DNA of 63,212 nt, filler included, from Sphacelaria rigidula (lineage: Eukaryota): NCBI GenBank assembly GCA_964200075.2. It is 8 parts of 8 records of this genome, joined end to end, with 100 filler letters (N's around TTAATTAATTAA, not from the genome) between each part and the next. Parts side by side here need not be neighbours in the genome. Positions count along the whole stretch, not along the records: positions 55,401 to 63,212 come from CAXNAA020013374.1; 7 more parts are not named here. One strand, written 5' to 3'. A model generated the notes under the pieces. That model was not told where the DNA came from and searched no databases. It was given only the letters and a program-made list of their open reading frames with translations. The number at the start of each line of letters is the position of its first letter. The first letter of the stretch is position 1. The translations under genes and the position numbers were made by a program. Positions 61,241-63,212 of this stretch are shown here, piece by piece.

Positions 61241-63212
61241 ACTGGACATGAAAAAGATGCAGCGTCTACAGGTATCTGTAGTGATTCTTCAATGTTTCCA
61301 GATCGTGCTCGCCTGTTCATTATTATGTCGTCCCGCAGTAGTAAATAGCCACGCTATGTCGATCCCGGTGTCAGCAGAGGTATGGCGTCAACAACCTGCG
61401 CTGTTGCGCTCCCTACTATCCCACAAGATGGTGTGAACACGAGTGTCATACTCCATCCCCCTCTGGTCGTGACATCGTGTCCCATTATTTCCACAAGACA
61501 ACATGAACACGGTTTGCCATCACATATTTGAAAAAAAATCTTGCGTATGTGTGTGTGTTCTACTTACTCCATGTCACAGACGTAATGAGGAAAACAGTAT
61601 CTCATTCTAATCCTTATAAAAGATGAAGTAGCCGTCCATACTTTTATACTCCCATCTCATGAGAAATATACGAACATGGCTACTATTGATGTTATCCCCA
61701 CGCACAATAATCACCGTTCGCGTGTGCCGTCCTCACTTCCCATAAACCCCAATCTGGTGCAAAAGTGGGGGGAACTTACGCATCGATCGCGGAGCTGTAC
61801 GTGAAAACATCCGGTTCGGGTCCATCAGCCTCCATCCTCCTTAATATCTCCAGAGCCGGCTTCCACCTTGAAAATCAAACAAAGATATTACAACGTTGGG
61901 ATGTCTTCTATAGGACAGAGTATGCGGGCTGAAATTGGATCATTAAAACAAAATGTAGACGGGATATGATATCGGTAAATGCCCTTTCCGAACTATGCCG
62001 GTGTATATCGGAACAGCGCTCCATATCCTGCCAAAGAGTACCAGAATATTCGGTACACATTCCAGCATGGTTTGGTACGCCAATCACAGCCTACCCCCCC
62101 ACTTCCATTAGAACGCCCCCCCCCCTTCCACCAGATGTACTCTAACTAAAAAGAACACAACCCTGAAATATTAGACATAATTTTTCATCACTCTGGCATC
62201 ATCGACGGCCCAAATACGGTTCCTGCATGGACCGCTGGGAAAACAAAGCGAACATCAAATATCACGGCTTCCATCGGACATCGGGTATTGCAGGAGTTCT
62301 TTTCATCGAGTTTCCTCTACCGCGTGATTTCATCTATTTATTTATCCTAGGAACCGACACCTTCAACTTCAATTGAAGAACAGTCGATATTATTCTTCAT
62401 AACAGTGGCGGTTTGATCGGCAATAGATCCACGAATGCAAGACACTGAGTCAGCACCTCAGCGGATACATCCTGAGTCCGGAGTTGGGAACTCCCAAATA
62501 CCCCTCCCATGTTTACATAGGGCATGGAGCTCGGAAACAGACAAGAGCTGCTCGGCTAAAGCATTGGGGTTTGCTGGTGTTAAATACCAGACGGCGACAT
62601 TGCTACTAGAGGAGGCCTGAAGCCCAACGGGGGTTGAAAAATACACTATTATGTCATTTTTCGAAGCGTCGTCACGTTTGTGGGATCAGGTTATTTCAAG
62701 TCATCATGTTATCCATGTATAATAGTCAGTCTCGAGCTTTTTTTGTTTTCTAGTTCCACACGCGCACATGCTACACACAGGTTTGTCCTTGCTGCTACGA
62801 CTGGAACATCGTTTCTTACTTTGCAGTGTTTGAACTTTGACTACAGCAGAAATAAAAAAAAATGGATTTAGAATTTCAAATGCCATCGTTTCGATAACAT
62901 TCGAAAATAACACGAAAAAAACATAACAGTGTACAGTAGGGTGCCATCATGCAAGCACCGCTTTGTTTCCTTCAGGGACGTACAACACTTCTATCGCGGT
63001 ACGACTCGGGATTTATTCCATCTCCACCCCTATCTCAATCGACACACGCCAATAAACCCATCCCACATGTCCAGTGCTGCCGCACCCCACCACCGTAATG
63101 GTCCAACTGTCGCCATTAGGGTGGAGAGAACGAGGGTTCGATTCCCGGGGCGTTGGGTTTTTTGTTCGGAATGGCGGAGTTCCACCGAAGAAAGCAGGCC
63201 GCGGTGGGGAAC

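Noticed and set aside
62458..62646. Additional PPR exon
   Set aside because: It has an acceptor-like site, but the PPR similarity is limited to LHALCKHG and the phase does not match the 59745-59988 exon.

Overview
This is eukaryotic nuclear DNA, about 50% GC, with short exons and introns of 0.7-1.4 kb. The gene and repeat style suggests a brown alga (Phaeophyceae); that is inference. The window is not one locus. It is eight contigs of 7815, 7815, 7815, 7815, 7814, 7813, 7813 and 7812 bp, sorted by size and joined by artificial 100-bp linkers (44 N + TTAATTAATTAA + 44 N), so nothing can be inferred across a linker. Partial intron-containing genes I can support: proteasome alpha-2 exon 1, a CAMK-like Ser/Thr kinase (3 exons), an RNase II/RNB-domain exoribonuclease (4 exons), a PPR-protein exon, and a low-confidence multi-pass membrane protein. 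Most other recognisable sequence is mobile DNA: a complete but internally deleted Ty3/gypsy element (150-bp LTRs, GGAC target-site duplication), a second decayed gypsy pol, a long disrupted Gag-like ORF carrying a Sola-like MITE, a hAT transposase relic, a tRNA-derived SINE family, several palindromic MITEs, and tandem arrays. I found no convincing new biological system. The best leads are a tandem pair of CAG/CTG-stemmed foldback hairpins, a gypsy element with old LTRs but an open 676-codon ORF, and the Sola-like MITE.
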